Assembly: GCA_035621915.1 (NCBI GenBank)
Contig: DASPWG010000267.1
Coordinates: 415 to 64,414 of the forward strand
Length of the DNA stretch: 64,000 nucleotides
Direction: 5' to 3'
Origin: Streptosporangiaceae bacterium
GTDB taxonomy: Bacteria > Actinomycetota > Actinomycetes > Streptosporangiales > Streptosporangiaceae
The notes under the pieces were generated by a model, which was given only the letters and a program-made list of their open reading frames with translations, ran no database searches and had not been told where the DNA came from. Each line of letters starts with the position of its first letter. Position 1 is the first letter of the stretch. Positions 10,506 to 18,893 of this stretch are shown here, piece after piece. The translations under genes and the position numbers were made by a program.

Positions 10506-11087
10506 ATGAGGATGACGGACCAGATGCCGGACCGTGACGAGCGATTCGAGCAGGACGTGGTTCCGTTCATGGGCCAGCTCTACCCTGCGGCGCTGCGCAT
10601 GACGAGGAACCCCAGCGACGCCGAGGACCTGGTGCAGGAGACGTTTGCCAAGGCCTACGCAGCCTTCCACCAGTTCCAGCAGGGCACGAACCTGAGGGCA
10701 TGGCTGCACCGGATCCTGGCCAACACCTTCATCAACAGCTACCGCAAGAAGCGCCGGGAGCCGATTCAGGACCTTGGCGCCGATTTCTCCGAAGACTGGC
10801 AGACCGGAAACGACCCGCTGACTCCGCCGGTCAGGTCCGCTGAGGCCGAGGCGCTAGAGCGGCTCGCCGACTCCGACATCCTCCAGGCGCTGCGGAACCT
10901 GCCTGAGGAGTTCCGGGTTGCGATCTACCTGGCCGACGTCGAGGGATACCCCTACAAGGAGATAGCCGCCATGATGGGCACGCCGATCGGCACGGTTATG
11001 TCCCGGCTGCACCGCGGACGTGCCAAGCTCCGCGTCCAGCTTGCCGCGCACGCCGGCAACCGCACGCTCGCCACTACGTCCCACTGA
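10506..11087 (+). CDS. ECF (group 4) RNA polymerase sigma factor, SigH/SigE-like
   Basis: [49 protein letters not shown] (region 2) and [26 protein letters not shown] (region 4.2). Start set at the ATG at 10506, which follows an AGGAG box. Confidence 0.88.
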   Translation: MRMTDQMPDRDERFEQDVVPFMGQLYPAALRMTRNPSDAEDLVQETFAKAYAAFHQFQQGTNLRAWLHRILANTFINSYRKKRREPIQDLGADFSEDWQTGNDPLTPPVRSAEAEALERLADSDILQALRNLPEEFRVAIYLADVEGYPYKEIAAMMGTPIGTVMSRLHRGRAKLRVQLAAHAGNRTLATTSH

Positions 11088-11224
11088 CCTTCGCCAGCTC
11101 GGCACCGACTCCCCCCAACCCGGTCGGTGCCGGGCAGGCCGCCGCGGCCAGCCAGCACCGGCTTCCCCCCAACCTCCGGTGCCAGGCGGGCCACCGGACC
11201 AGCAGCCGACGACGAACCTCCCCC

Positions 11225-11504
11225 TAACGTCGGATCCGCTCGGTCCCTCCGAAGCCCCGCAGCTGCTTTCCCCCCGGCAGCTGCGGGGTTTCGTTTAACT
11301 GGGATATCCGCTCGGTACCCCCGAAGCCCCGCCGCCGCTTGCCCCTGCAGCCGCGGGGTTTTCGTTTAACTAGGACATCCGCTCGGTACTCCCGAAGCCC
11401 CGCCGCTTCCCCCGGCAACTGCGGGGTTACGTCTAACTGGGACATCCGCTCGGTAGGCCCGAAGCCCCGCCACCGCTTCCCCCGGCAGCCGCGGGCTTCG
11501 CGTT
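11225..11504 (+). repeat. tandem array of four 67-71-bp units, each with a conserved GGA(T/C)ATCCGCTCGGT box and a GC-rich hairpin with a C-rich loop
   Basis: Units start at 11225, 11296, 11367 and 11434 (TAAC...). Unit 1 forms a 16-bp stem (GAAGCCCCGCAGCTGC / GCAGCTGCGGGGTTTC) with loop TTTCCCCCCG. Units 1 and 2 are followed by TTTCGTTT or TTTTCGTTT. Confidence 0.85.
11251..11300 (+). terminator. intrinsic-terminator-like hairpin with a T-rich tail (first unit of the array), candidate terminator for the sigma factor gene
   Basis: A 16-bp GC-rich stem (one G-U pair) at 11251-11292 that runs directly into a TTTCGTTT tract. It is oriented for plus-strand transcription. Confidence 0.5.
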
Positions 11505-11543
11505 GCCGGGACCTGCCCGCCGCTGGCTAAGCCCGGTGCCTGA

Positions 11544-14500
11544 TTAGCTGCCGAAGACCCGGTCGCAGGCGCGAGCGCCCGCCTTGCCGTCATCGAGCGG
11601 GCAGAACTTGGCCGCGAACGCCTCGTACTTCGCCTGGTAGTGCCCGGCGACGGCATCCAGGTCCCCGATCGCCGCCACGACCTCCGCCGAGGTGGCCAGC
11701 AGCGGCCCAGGCGCCTCGGCCTCGAGGTCGAGGTTGAAGCCGCGCAGGTTGTCGCGGTAGTCCTCCAGGTCGTAGGTGTAGAAGACCATCGGCTTCCCGG
11801 TCGCCGCGAAGTCGCACATCATCGACGAGTAGTCGGTGACCAGTGCGTCAGTGACCAGGAACAGCTCGGACAGGTCCTGGTAGGCGGTCACGTTGACGAC
11901 GAAGCCCGGCCGGATGTCATCGGGCACGTCCTCGGCCATGTGGTGGTGCCCGCGGACCAGGAAAACGTAGTCGTCGCCAAGCTGCCGGTAGGCCTCCTGC
12001 AGGTCGAGGCGGAAGTCGAAGCGATAACGCCCCGCCGCGTAGTACTGGTTATCCCGCCAGGTCGGCGCGTACATGACGACCTTCTTGCCGGCCGCCAGCC
12101 CGAGACGCTGCCTGACCACCGCGGCCAGGCCGCCGGTGTCCCCGCTGCAGAGCACGTCGTTACGCGGGTAGCCGGACTCGAGGATCTCTCCGTCGTAGCG
12201 GAACGCCCTGCGCATGTGCGGCGTGCTGAACGGGTTGGGCGACAGCGCCAGGTCCCACTTGGCCACGTCCCTGGCCAGGTGCTCGTTGTACTTGCTGCCG
12301 CCGACGAACTGCGGATTCTCCACGTCGAAGCCGATCCGCTTCAGCAGCGTCCCGTGCCAGGTCTGCACGTACACCTGGCCCTGCCGCTTCTCGAACCTGG
12401 CGGGCATGTCGTCGTTGGAGATGATGTAGCGGGACCTGGCGAGTGCATCCCAGTAGGCCTCGGTGTTCGCCAGCACGGACTTGGCACCGTCGGGCACCGG
12501 CACGGACCAGTCGTTGACGACCCAGATATGCTCCCGGTCGTCGCCGCGGCGCCGCAGTTCCTGGCTGATGCCGAGCGGGTTGTCGCTGCAGGACTTGCCC
12601 TTAAAGCTGATGAACACCACGCTGTCACGTACCTGGCGCCGCTGCTGCAGCGGGTAATACATGTCCCTGAGCACCTTGCGCTGGATCCGGCCGTGCTCGG
12701 CCAGCCCGAGCACCGGCGCGACCACCAGCATCGGCAGGTCGTACTCGGTCGTGGTGAAGACGTAGGTCTTGCGGCCGAATTCCGTCTTGCGGTCGGTCAC
12801 CTCGGCCAGCTTGCCGTGATCGTAGAAGGGCAGCGTGGGCTCGGTCCCGGGGCGGCCTGCCGGGCGCATCTTCATGGTCCAGATGCCGTCGCGCAGCGGC
12901 TGCGTAGTCCCGAAAAGCGGCATGGCAGCGGCCGGAATGTCCAGCGTGAACCGGTCACCGTCGCGCCGTACCGGGATGATCTGTACCTCGGCGGCCGCGC
13001 GCCTGGACAGCAGCACCTCGCAGTCCTGGCCAGGCAGGTCCGCGTAGCTACCGCGCAGCGTCAGCGTCCCGTCCGCTGACCAGGAGTGCTCGTCGATGAC
13101 CGGCCGCTGCCTGCGGCGCATGATCACTACGTTGCCGTATCTGGTCTGCTCGACGGCGACCTCTTCGGTGCCCAGCTGGAAGCGCGACTCCGGGCGCTGC
13201 GCCTCGAAGGCCACGCGCATCCGCTCCCCGTCTGCGGGCACCGCCCACAGGTCCCACTCGGCGGTCTGCTCCCGGCCGGCCTCGGCTCCCTCCGGCGCCG
13301 GGGCGCCGCCGGGCAGCAGGGCGTCGGCCGGGATCACCCCGCGCAGCCGCACGCTGCCGTCTGGCAGGGACGTGGCCGTGGTCGTGATCGGCCGCGTCGT
13401 CGCTCCCCTGGGCGTCGCCAGTTGCAGCTCGGCCGCCTGCTGCCCGCTAGGCAGGCGGAGGCCGACCTCGACAGTGAGCTGGCCGTCGGCCAGCTCGCAA
13501 CCGGTCAGCTCGGCCGGGGTCTGCACCACCTGGACGTGCAGCCGCTTGCCCATCCAGCGCGCACCGAGCCGGATGCCCGGTGCCACCTGCCGGGCGGCCG
13601 GCCGCTCGGCCGAGCCGGGAATCGGCGAGTGCAGCCGGGCCGCCCGCCACACGCCATGGCCGCGCACCAGGATGAAGGCGTCCCAGTCCCCGGTCTGCCA
13701 GCGCCCAAGCAGCCGGAACCAGCGCGGGCTGATGACGGCGCGAAAGCCCGCCCAGTCGTAGTCGTAGCGCTCCTGCGCCGAGTAGGTCTTGGCCCTGTCG
13801 TGCAGGAACGACTTGGCCACGACCACGACAGGGAGCCTGCCCATGCTGCGCGGCCGCAAGATGACGAGTTTGGAGGTGTGCCGCCGCTTGCGGATGTCGA
13901 CCGAAGGGATGTACACGCAGCCGGAGATGACCAGCTTGCCGTCCTCCCAGCCGATGCCCTCAACCTTGACGGCGGGGTCGAGCTCGCGGATCTGGGGGGT
14001 GTAGATGCTGGCCGGGATGCGCAGGTCCCGTCGCTTGCGGAACGGCAGGTCGGCGCGGATGCGGCCGTGCTCCCTGACGACCTGCACGGTCTTGACGGGC
14101 TGGGCGTTCAGGTAGCCGACGTACTCGAGCAGCTCGGGTTGCATGTTGCGGGCGATGAGGTGGTAGCCGAGCTTGCGCGTGGATGGCAGCTTGCGCAGCA
14201 CGCCGTCCTCCACCTGGGCCAGGTACTTGCTGGTCAGATCGATGAACTCAGCCTGGTACTCGGCACTCGTCCTGGTCAGGTCGGGCACGTAAAGCCACAG
14301 GTCGTTGAGCAGAGACTTGTACTGGTGCTCGGCCACGAGCCTGGACGGCTTGTGCTGCCGCAGGAACTCATCGATCGCCAGCAGCGCGGTGATCCTGTCC
14401 CTGAAGTTCTTGATGCTGGTCCTGGACTGGGTGATCGACAGCGCTCCCTTGCCGCGCTCGCGCCAGTAGTAGATCGGCTCGGGGATCGTGTCGACGGCGC

Positions 14501-15089
14501 GCGCCAGCACGTGCGCCTTGGTCATCAGCTGAAGGTCCTCCCACACCACGCCCTCGGGGAAAACCAGGTTGTTGGCGTCCCAGAATGACCGCCTGAACAT
14601 CTTGTTCCAGACCGAGACGTCGAAGAACAGGTTGGAGTTCCTGCTGATGTGCGTGCCGATCAGCCGGCTCTTGATCGCCCGCGCGTGCATGTACGAGGGC
14701 GTGACGCCCATCGGCCCGGTCCGCAGCACGCCGCCGGATACGAGGTCCGAGCCTGACTGCTCCAGCGTGTGCATCATGTGCTCGAGCGAATGCACCGGCA
14801 GCGTGTCGTCGGAGTCGACGAAGGACAGGTACTCCCCGGTGGCGCGCTCGATCCCCCGGTTGCGCGAGTAGCCAGGGCTGCCGCCATGGGGGACCTGCAG
14901 CAGCGTGAACCGCGGGTCGGCCGCCGCCTGGGCGGCCGCGATCTTGGCGCTGCCGTCGGTCGAGCCATCATCGACCATGATCACTTCGATGTCAGAGACC
15001 GACTGCGCGGCAATCGACTTCAGACAGTCACCAAGCAGATCCTCGTTGTTATAGAACGGGACAACAACGCTGATCCGGGGCACCGGCAT
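11544..15089 (-). CDS. bifunctional GT2 glycosyltransferase / CDP-glycerol glycerophosphotransferase (TagF-like)
   Basis: The N-terminus (ISVVVPFYNNEDLLGDCLKSIAAQSVSDIEVIMVDDGSTDGS) is GT2 family. The C-terminus (QTWHGTLLKRIGFD...VMYAPTWRDN...VTDYSSMMCDFAATGKPMVFYTYDLEDY) is TagF/TarF-like. Confidence 0.85.
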   Translation of the reverse strand: MPVPRISVVVPFYNNEDLLGDCLKSIAAQSVSDIEVIMVDDGSTDGSAKIAAAQAAADPRFTLLQVPHGGSPGYSRNRGIERATGEYLSFVDSDDTLPVHSLEHMMHTLEQSGSDLVSGGVLRTGPMGVTPSYMHARAIKSRLIGTHISRNSNLFFDVSVWNKMFRRSFWDANNLVFPEGVVWEDLQLMTKAHVLARAVDTIPEPIYYWRERGKGALSITQSRTSIKNFRDRITALLAIDEFLRQHKPSRLVAEHQYKSLLNDLWLYVPDLTRTSAEYQAEFIDLTSKYLAQVEDGVLRKLPSTRKLGYHLIARNMQPELLEYVGYLNAQPVKTVQVVREHGRIRADLPFRKRRDLRIPASIYTPQIRELDPAVKVEGIGWEDGKLVISGCVYIPSVDIRKRRHTSKLVILRPRSMGRLPVVVVAKSFLHDRAKTYSAQERYDYDWAGFRAVISPRWFRLLGRWQTGDWDAFILVRGHGVWRAARLHSPIPGSAERPAARQVAPGIRLGARWMGKRLHVQVVQTPAELTGCELADGQLTVEVGLRLPSGQQAAELQLATPRGATTRPITTTATSLPDGSVRLRGVIPADALLPGGAPAPEGAEAGREQTAEWDLWAVPADGERMRVAFEAQRPESRFQLGTEEVAVEQTRYGNVVIMRRRQRPVIDEHSWSADGTLTLRGSYADLPGQDCEVLLSRRAAAEVQIIPVRRDGDRFTLDIPAAAMPLFGTTQPLRDGIWTMKMRPAGRPGTEPTLPFYDHGKLAEVTDRKTEFGRKTYVFTTTEYDLPMLVVAPVLGLAEHGRIQRKVLRDMYYPLQQRRQVRDSVVFISFKGKSCSDNPLGISQELRRRGDDREHIWVVNDWSVPVPDGAKSVLANTEAYWDALARSRYIISNDDMPARFEKRQGQVYVQTWHGTLLKRIGFDVENPQFVGGSKYNEHLARDVAKWDLALSPNPFSTPHMRRAFRYDGEILESGYPRNDVLCSGDTGGLAAVVRQRLGLAAGKKVVMYAPTWRDNQYYAAGRYRFDFRLDLQEAYRQLGDDYVFLVRGHHHMAEDVPDDIRPGFVVNVTAYQDLSELFLVTDALVTDYSSMMCDFAATGKPMVFYTYDLEDYRDNLRGFNLDLEAEAPGPLLATSAEVVAAIGDLDAVAGHYQAKYEAFAAKFCPLDDGKAGARACDRVFGS

Positions 15090-15217
15090 CCCTACTTCTC
15101 TCCAGTCGCTTACGCTGGCTCCGCGACGTTCGGCCAGCTGGCGTCAGCGCCCTAGCGACGGCCTGGACCTGGCTGCCATGGCCGTACCGCGCCACGCCAA
15201 GGCTACCCCGCCAGCGC

Positions 15218-15982
15218 TCACTCGCCGCGCCAGTTCGGCGCACGCTTCTCGGCGAACGCCGCGGCGCCCTCCATGGCGTCCTTGGAGCCGAAGACCGGGG
15301 TGATGATCTCGCCCTGCCGCTCGAACGCTGACTCGCTGTCCCAGTCCACCGACTCGACGATCACCCGCTTGGTCGCGGCCAGTGCCAGTGGGGCGCCCTG
15401 CGCGATGCGGGCGGCGAGTTCACGCGCAGCGGCCAGCGCCTCCCCGGCCGGGACCACCGCGTTCACCAGGCCGGCGGCACGCAGGTGCCCGGCGCTGAAG
15501 TGCTCGCCGGTCAGCGCGATCTCCATGGCCAGGTGGTAGGGGATGCGCCTGGGCAGCCTCAGCAGCCCGCCGGCGCCTGCCACCAGGCCGCGCCGCACCT
15601 CAGGCAGGCCGAACTTGGCCTGGTCGCTGGCCACGACCAGGTCACAGGCCAGCACAAGCTCGAATCCGCCGGCCAGCGCGTACCCCTCCACCGCAGCGAT
15701 GACCGGCTTGGACGGCGGCCGCTGGACCAGCCCGCCGAAACCGCGGCCAGGCACGATCGGGGTGTCCCCGGACAGGAAGCCCTTGAGGTCCATGCCCGCG
15801 CTGAAGGTACCGCCGGCGCCGGTCAGGATCAGGACCCGCACATCGCTGCGAGCCTCCAGGTCATCCAGGGCCGCGGCCATGCCGCGGGCGACCGCGCCGT
15901 TGACGGCATTGCGGGCTTCCGGCCGGTTGATCGTGATGACGGCGATGCCGTCGCTGACGTCGGTGAGGACAGGCTCGGACAT
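15218..15982 (-). CDS. enoyl-CoA hydratase/isomerase (crotonase) family protein
   Basis: ITINRPEARNAV...FSAGMDLK...AAVEGYALAGGFELVLACD are crotonase-fold motifs. Confidence 0.88.
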   Translation of the reverse strand: MSEPVLTDVSDGIAVITINRPEARNAVNGAVARGMAAALDDLEARSDVRVLILTGAGGTFSAGMDLKGFLSGDTPIVPGRGFGGLVQRPPSKPVIAAVEGYALAGGFELVLACDLVVASDQAKFGLPEVRRGLVAGAGGLLRLPRRIPYHLAMEIALTGEHFSAGHLRAAGLVNAVVPAGEALAAARELAARIAQGAPLALAATKRVIVESVDWDSESAFERQGEIITPVFGSKDAMEGAAAFAEKRAPNWRGE

Positions 15983-16150
15983 CGGCGTAGTCGTCCTTAA
16001 GGGCTTGAGGGGACTTTGTGCCGGACAGGCTATCGGCCGCTGGCCTGCCAGGACGAGGGCAGCCCGGCACAGCGGCCCGGGACGCCAGGCGGCGGCCCCG
16101 GCCGGCTCGGGCGGATCACCTGGCCGGCCGGGGCCGGCCTGCTGAGTTAC

Positions 16151-16936
16151 TTACTTCGGCTGGAACCTGATGCCGCCGTCGAACCGGATGACCTCGGCGT
16201 TCATGTAGTCGTTCTCGATCAGCGCGCGGACCAGATGGGCGAATTCGGCAGCCGTTCCCATTCTCTTGGGGAAAACGACAGGAGCCGCGAGCTTGGCCTT
16301 CCACTCCTGGCTCTCCGGCCCGGTGCCGTAGATCGGGGTGTCGATGATGCCGGGGCAGATGGTGTTCACGCGCACCCCGATCGCCGACAGGTCGCGGGCC
16401 GCAGGGACCGTCATGCCGATGATGCCGCCCTTGGATGCCGAGTACGCGAGCTGGCCGGTCTGGCCCTCGAGGCCGGCTATGGACGCGGTGTTGACCACCA
16501 CGCCGCGCTGGCCGTCCGCGTCGGCCGGGTCGGTCCTGGCAATGGCGGCGGCGCCGATGCTCAGCAGGTTGAACGTGCCGATGAGGTTGACGTCGATGAC
16601 CTTGCCGAACGCCGCGCGGTCATGAGGGGTGCCGTCGCGGTTCACGGTGCGCTGGGCCCAGCCGATGCCCGCGCAGCTGACTACGACGCGCAGCGGCGCC
16701 CCGGCGGCTTCCGCGGCATCGACGGCCGCGCGCACGGACTCGGCGTCGCTGACATCGGTCCTGGCGAAAATGCCGCCGACCTCGTCGGCCAGGGCCTTGC
16801 CCCGCTGCTCGTTCAGGTCTGCGATGACTACCTTGCTGCCCGCCGCGGCAAGCTCCCTGACAGTGGCTTCGCCGAGGCCGCTGGCTCCGCCGGAAACGAT
16901 CGCGGCGGTTGCGTTGAGTTCCATGGCCGGGAGCAT
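16151..16936 (-). CDS. short-chain dehydrogenase/reductase, 3-hydroxyacyl-CoA dehydrogenase type II-like
   Basis: AIVSGGASGLGEAT (TGxxxGxG-type), NTASIAG, YSASKGG (YxxxK). The start is either M at 16936 or M at 16924. The longer ORF to 17095 has no support. Confidence 0.85.
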   Translation of the reverse strand: MLPAMELNATAAIVSGGASGLGEATVRELAAAGSKVVIADLNEQRGKALADEVGGIFARTDVSDAESVRAAVDAAEAAGAPLRVVVSCAGIGWAQRTVNRDGTPHDRAAFGKVIDVNLIGTFNLLSIGAAAIARTDPADADGQRGVVVNTASIAGLEGQTGQLAYSASKGGIIGMTVPAARDLSAIGVRVNTICPGIIDTPIYGTGPESQEWKAKLAAPVVFPKRMGTAAEFAHLVRALIENDYMNAEVIRFDGGIRFQPK

Positions 16937-17279
16937 ACTTCGGCGCCTGCCAGGGGGCCGAACGGGGTTCGGATCGCTGACCAGCCGTACACATCGGCTA
17001 CTGCGATAACGGTCGCCGGCCTGCAAGTCTCCTGCCGCTGCCGCAGCGATCCGCGCGCCGACTGCCGCGTTTAGCGCAGCCTGCCGGCGAGTCACGTGAG
17101 TCCGTGTCCCGCACCCAGCTCAGCGTGCATGGCCTGCTAATTGTCGTAGCCGTGCCGTAGCGTGTGGCACGTGGCTGGTCTCGTGCGCGCCACGGCGCCC
17201 GGCATCCATATCCGGAGACCAGCTTCCGGAGATCATTAGCGCGGCTGCGTGACAACCGCGCCAGGGGAGGATCGCACCA

Positions 17280-18869
17280 GTGAGGCAGAAGCGCGGTAAC
17301 CCGTGGGCCGTTCTGATCGTCGTGTCGCTCGGGTTCTTCATGACCCTGCTCGATCTCACGATCGTTAACGTGGCGATCCCGAACATGATCAAGCTGCTGC
17401 ACGCTTCGCTCGACGACGTGCTGTGGGTGATCAACGCCTACGCGCTGGTCCTGGCGGTGCTGCTGATCACGGCCGGGCGCCTCGGCGACCTGCTCGGACA
17501 GCGGACCGTGTTCTTCGCCGGGATCGCCCTGTTCACCGTGGCGTCGGCTGCCTGCGGGTTCGCGCCGTCGTCGGGCTGGCTGATCGCGTTCCGAGCCGTG
17601 CAGGGCATCGGCGCGGCGTTGCTCATGCCGCAGACGCTGGCCATGCTGACCATGGTCTTCCCGCCGGAACGGCGCGGTGCAGCCTTCGGCGTGTGGGGGG
17701 CGGTGGCCGGCGTGGCCACGGTGGCCGGGCCCACGCTCGGCGGACTGCTTGTGACCGCCTTCGACTGGCGCTACATCTTCTTCATCAACGTGCCAGTGGG
17801 CGCGGCGGTGCTCATCCTGACCCTGGTGCTCATCCCGGACCTGCGGACCGGCCGGCGGCACAGCTTCGACGTGTTCGGCGTGGTGCTGGCCAGCAGCGCG
17901 TTGCTGGCAATCTGCTATGGCCTGGTCGAGGGCCAGAAGTACAACTGGGGCAGGATCACGTCCTTCATCTCGATCCCGCTGGTGCTGGCCGTTGGCATCG
18001 TCCTGCTCGCCGCGTTCATCGTTGTCCAGGCGCGCCGCCAGGACGGCGAGCCGCTGGTGCCGTTCTCGCTGTTCAGGGACCGCAACTACGCGCTGATGAA
18101 CCTGGTGTCCGGGTTCATCGCGATCGGCATGCTCGGCATCTTCCTGCCGTTCAGCATCTACCTGCAGGACGTGCTGGGCTTCTCGCCCCTGAAGGCGGGC
18201 CTGACGATGGCGCCGGCGTCCGTGGTGGCCATGTTCATCGCCCCTGTCGCGGGCCGGATGTCGGACCGGATCGGCGGCAAGTACATCCTGATGACGGGGC
18301 TCCTGCTGTTCGCGGCCGGGATGACCGCGATCGTGCTGGTGGCGCAGACCGGCTCCGCCTGGTACGACTTCCTCGCCCCGCAGGCCGCGGCTGGCGTCGG
18401 GATCGGCTGCACGTTCGCGCCGCTGACGACCGTGGCCCTGCGCAACATCAGCCCGATGATGGCCGGCGCCGCCTCGGGCGTCTTCAACACCACGCGCCAG
18501 GTCGGCACCGTGATCGGCACCGCCGGCGTTGGAGCGCTGCTGCAGAACCGGCTGATCGCCGGCTTCACCAGCCAGGTGTACCAGCGGGCTGGCAGCCTGC
18601 CGGCCCCGGCCAGGCAGGCAATCCTCGGCCAGTTCCGCGCTGCGGCCAGGAACGGCCTGGCTGGCGGCCCGAGCCAGCACGCCAGCAGCCTGGGGACCGC
18701 GATCTTCGCGCACGGGTTCGTCCAGGCCATGCGACCGACGATGCTGGTGCCGATCGCCTTCTTGTTCGCCGCGGCGGCGTGCTGCCTGTTCATCAAGCGC
18801 ACGCACAGGCAGCAGCCAGCCGCCGAGGCGTCCGCGCTGGGCGAGCCCACCTCGGCGGCAGCCGGCTAG
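17280..18869 (+). CDS. MFS transporter, DHA2 (EmrB/QacA, 14-TMS) family
   Basis: 529 aa. FFMTLLDLTIVNVAIPNM and [15 protein letters not shown] are DHA2 motifs. Many hydrophobic segments. GTG start after GGGGAGGA. Confidence 0.85.
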   Translation: MRQKRGNPWAVLIVVSLGFFMTLLDLTIVNVAIPNMIKLLHASLDDVLWVINAYALVLAVLLITAGRLGDLLGQRTVFFAGIALFTVASAACGFAPSSGWLIAFRAVQGIGAALLMPQTLAMLTMVFPPERRGAAFGVWGAVAGVATVAGPTLGGLLVTAFDWRYIFFINVPVGAAVLILTLVLIPDLRTGRRHSFDVFGVVLASSALLAICYGLVEGQKYNWGRITSFISIPLVLAVGIVLLAAFIVVQARRQDGEPLVPFSLFRDRNYALMNLVSGFIAIGMLGIFLPFSIYLQDVLGFSPLKAGLTMAPASVVAMFIAPVAGRMSDRIGGKYILMTGLLLFAAGMTAIVLVAQTGSAWYDFLAPQAAAGVGIGCTFAPLTTVALRNISPMMAGAASGVFNTTRQVGTVIGTAGVGALLQNRLIAGFTSQVYQRAGSLPAPARQAILGQFRAAARNGLAGGPSQHASSLGTAIFAHGFVQAMRPTMLVPIAFLFAAAACCLFIKRTHRQQPAAEASALGEPTSAAAG

Positions 18870-18893
18870 GACCTCTTAGCGGCTGTCAGACCA

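Noticed and set aside
11225-11504. Possible CRISPR array
   Set aside because: The units abut directly (67-71-bp period) with no unique spacers. The whole unit is repeated and diverged. No cas genes are in the window.
11020-11530. Three plus-strand ORFs (92, 80 and 63 aa) as candidate anti-sigma factors
   Set aside because: They are translations of the repeat array, P/R/A-rich. They lack an HxxxCxxC ZAS motif and a TM segment, and they read through predicted hairpins.
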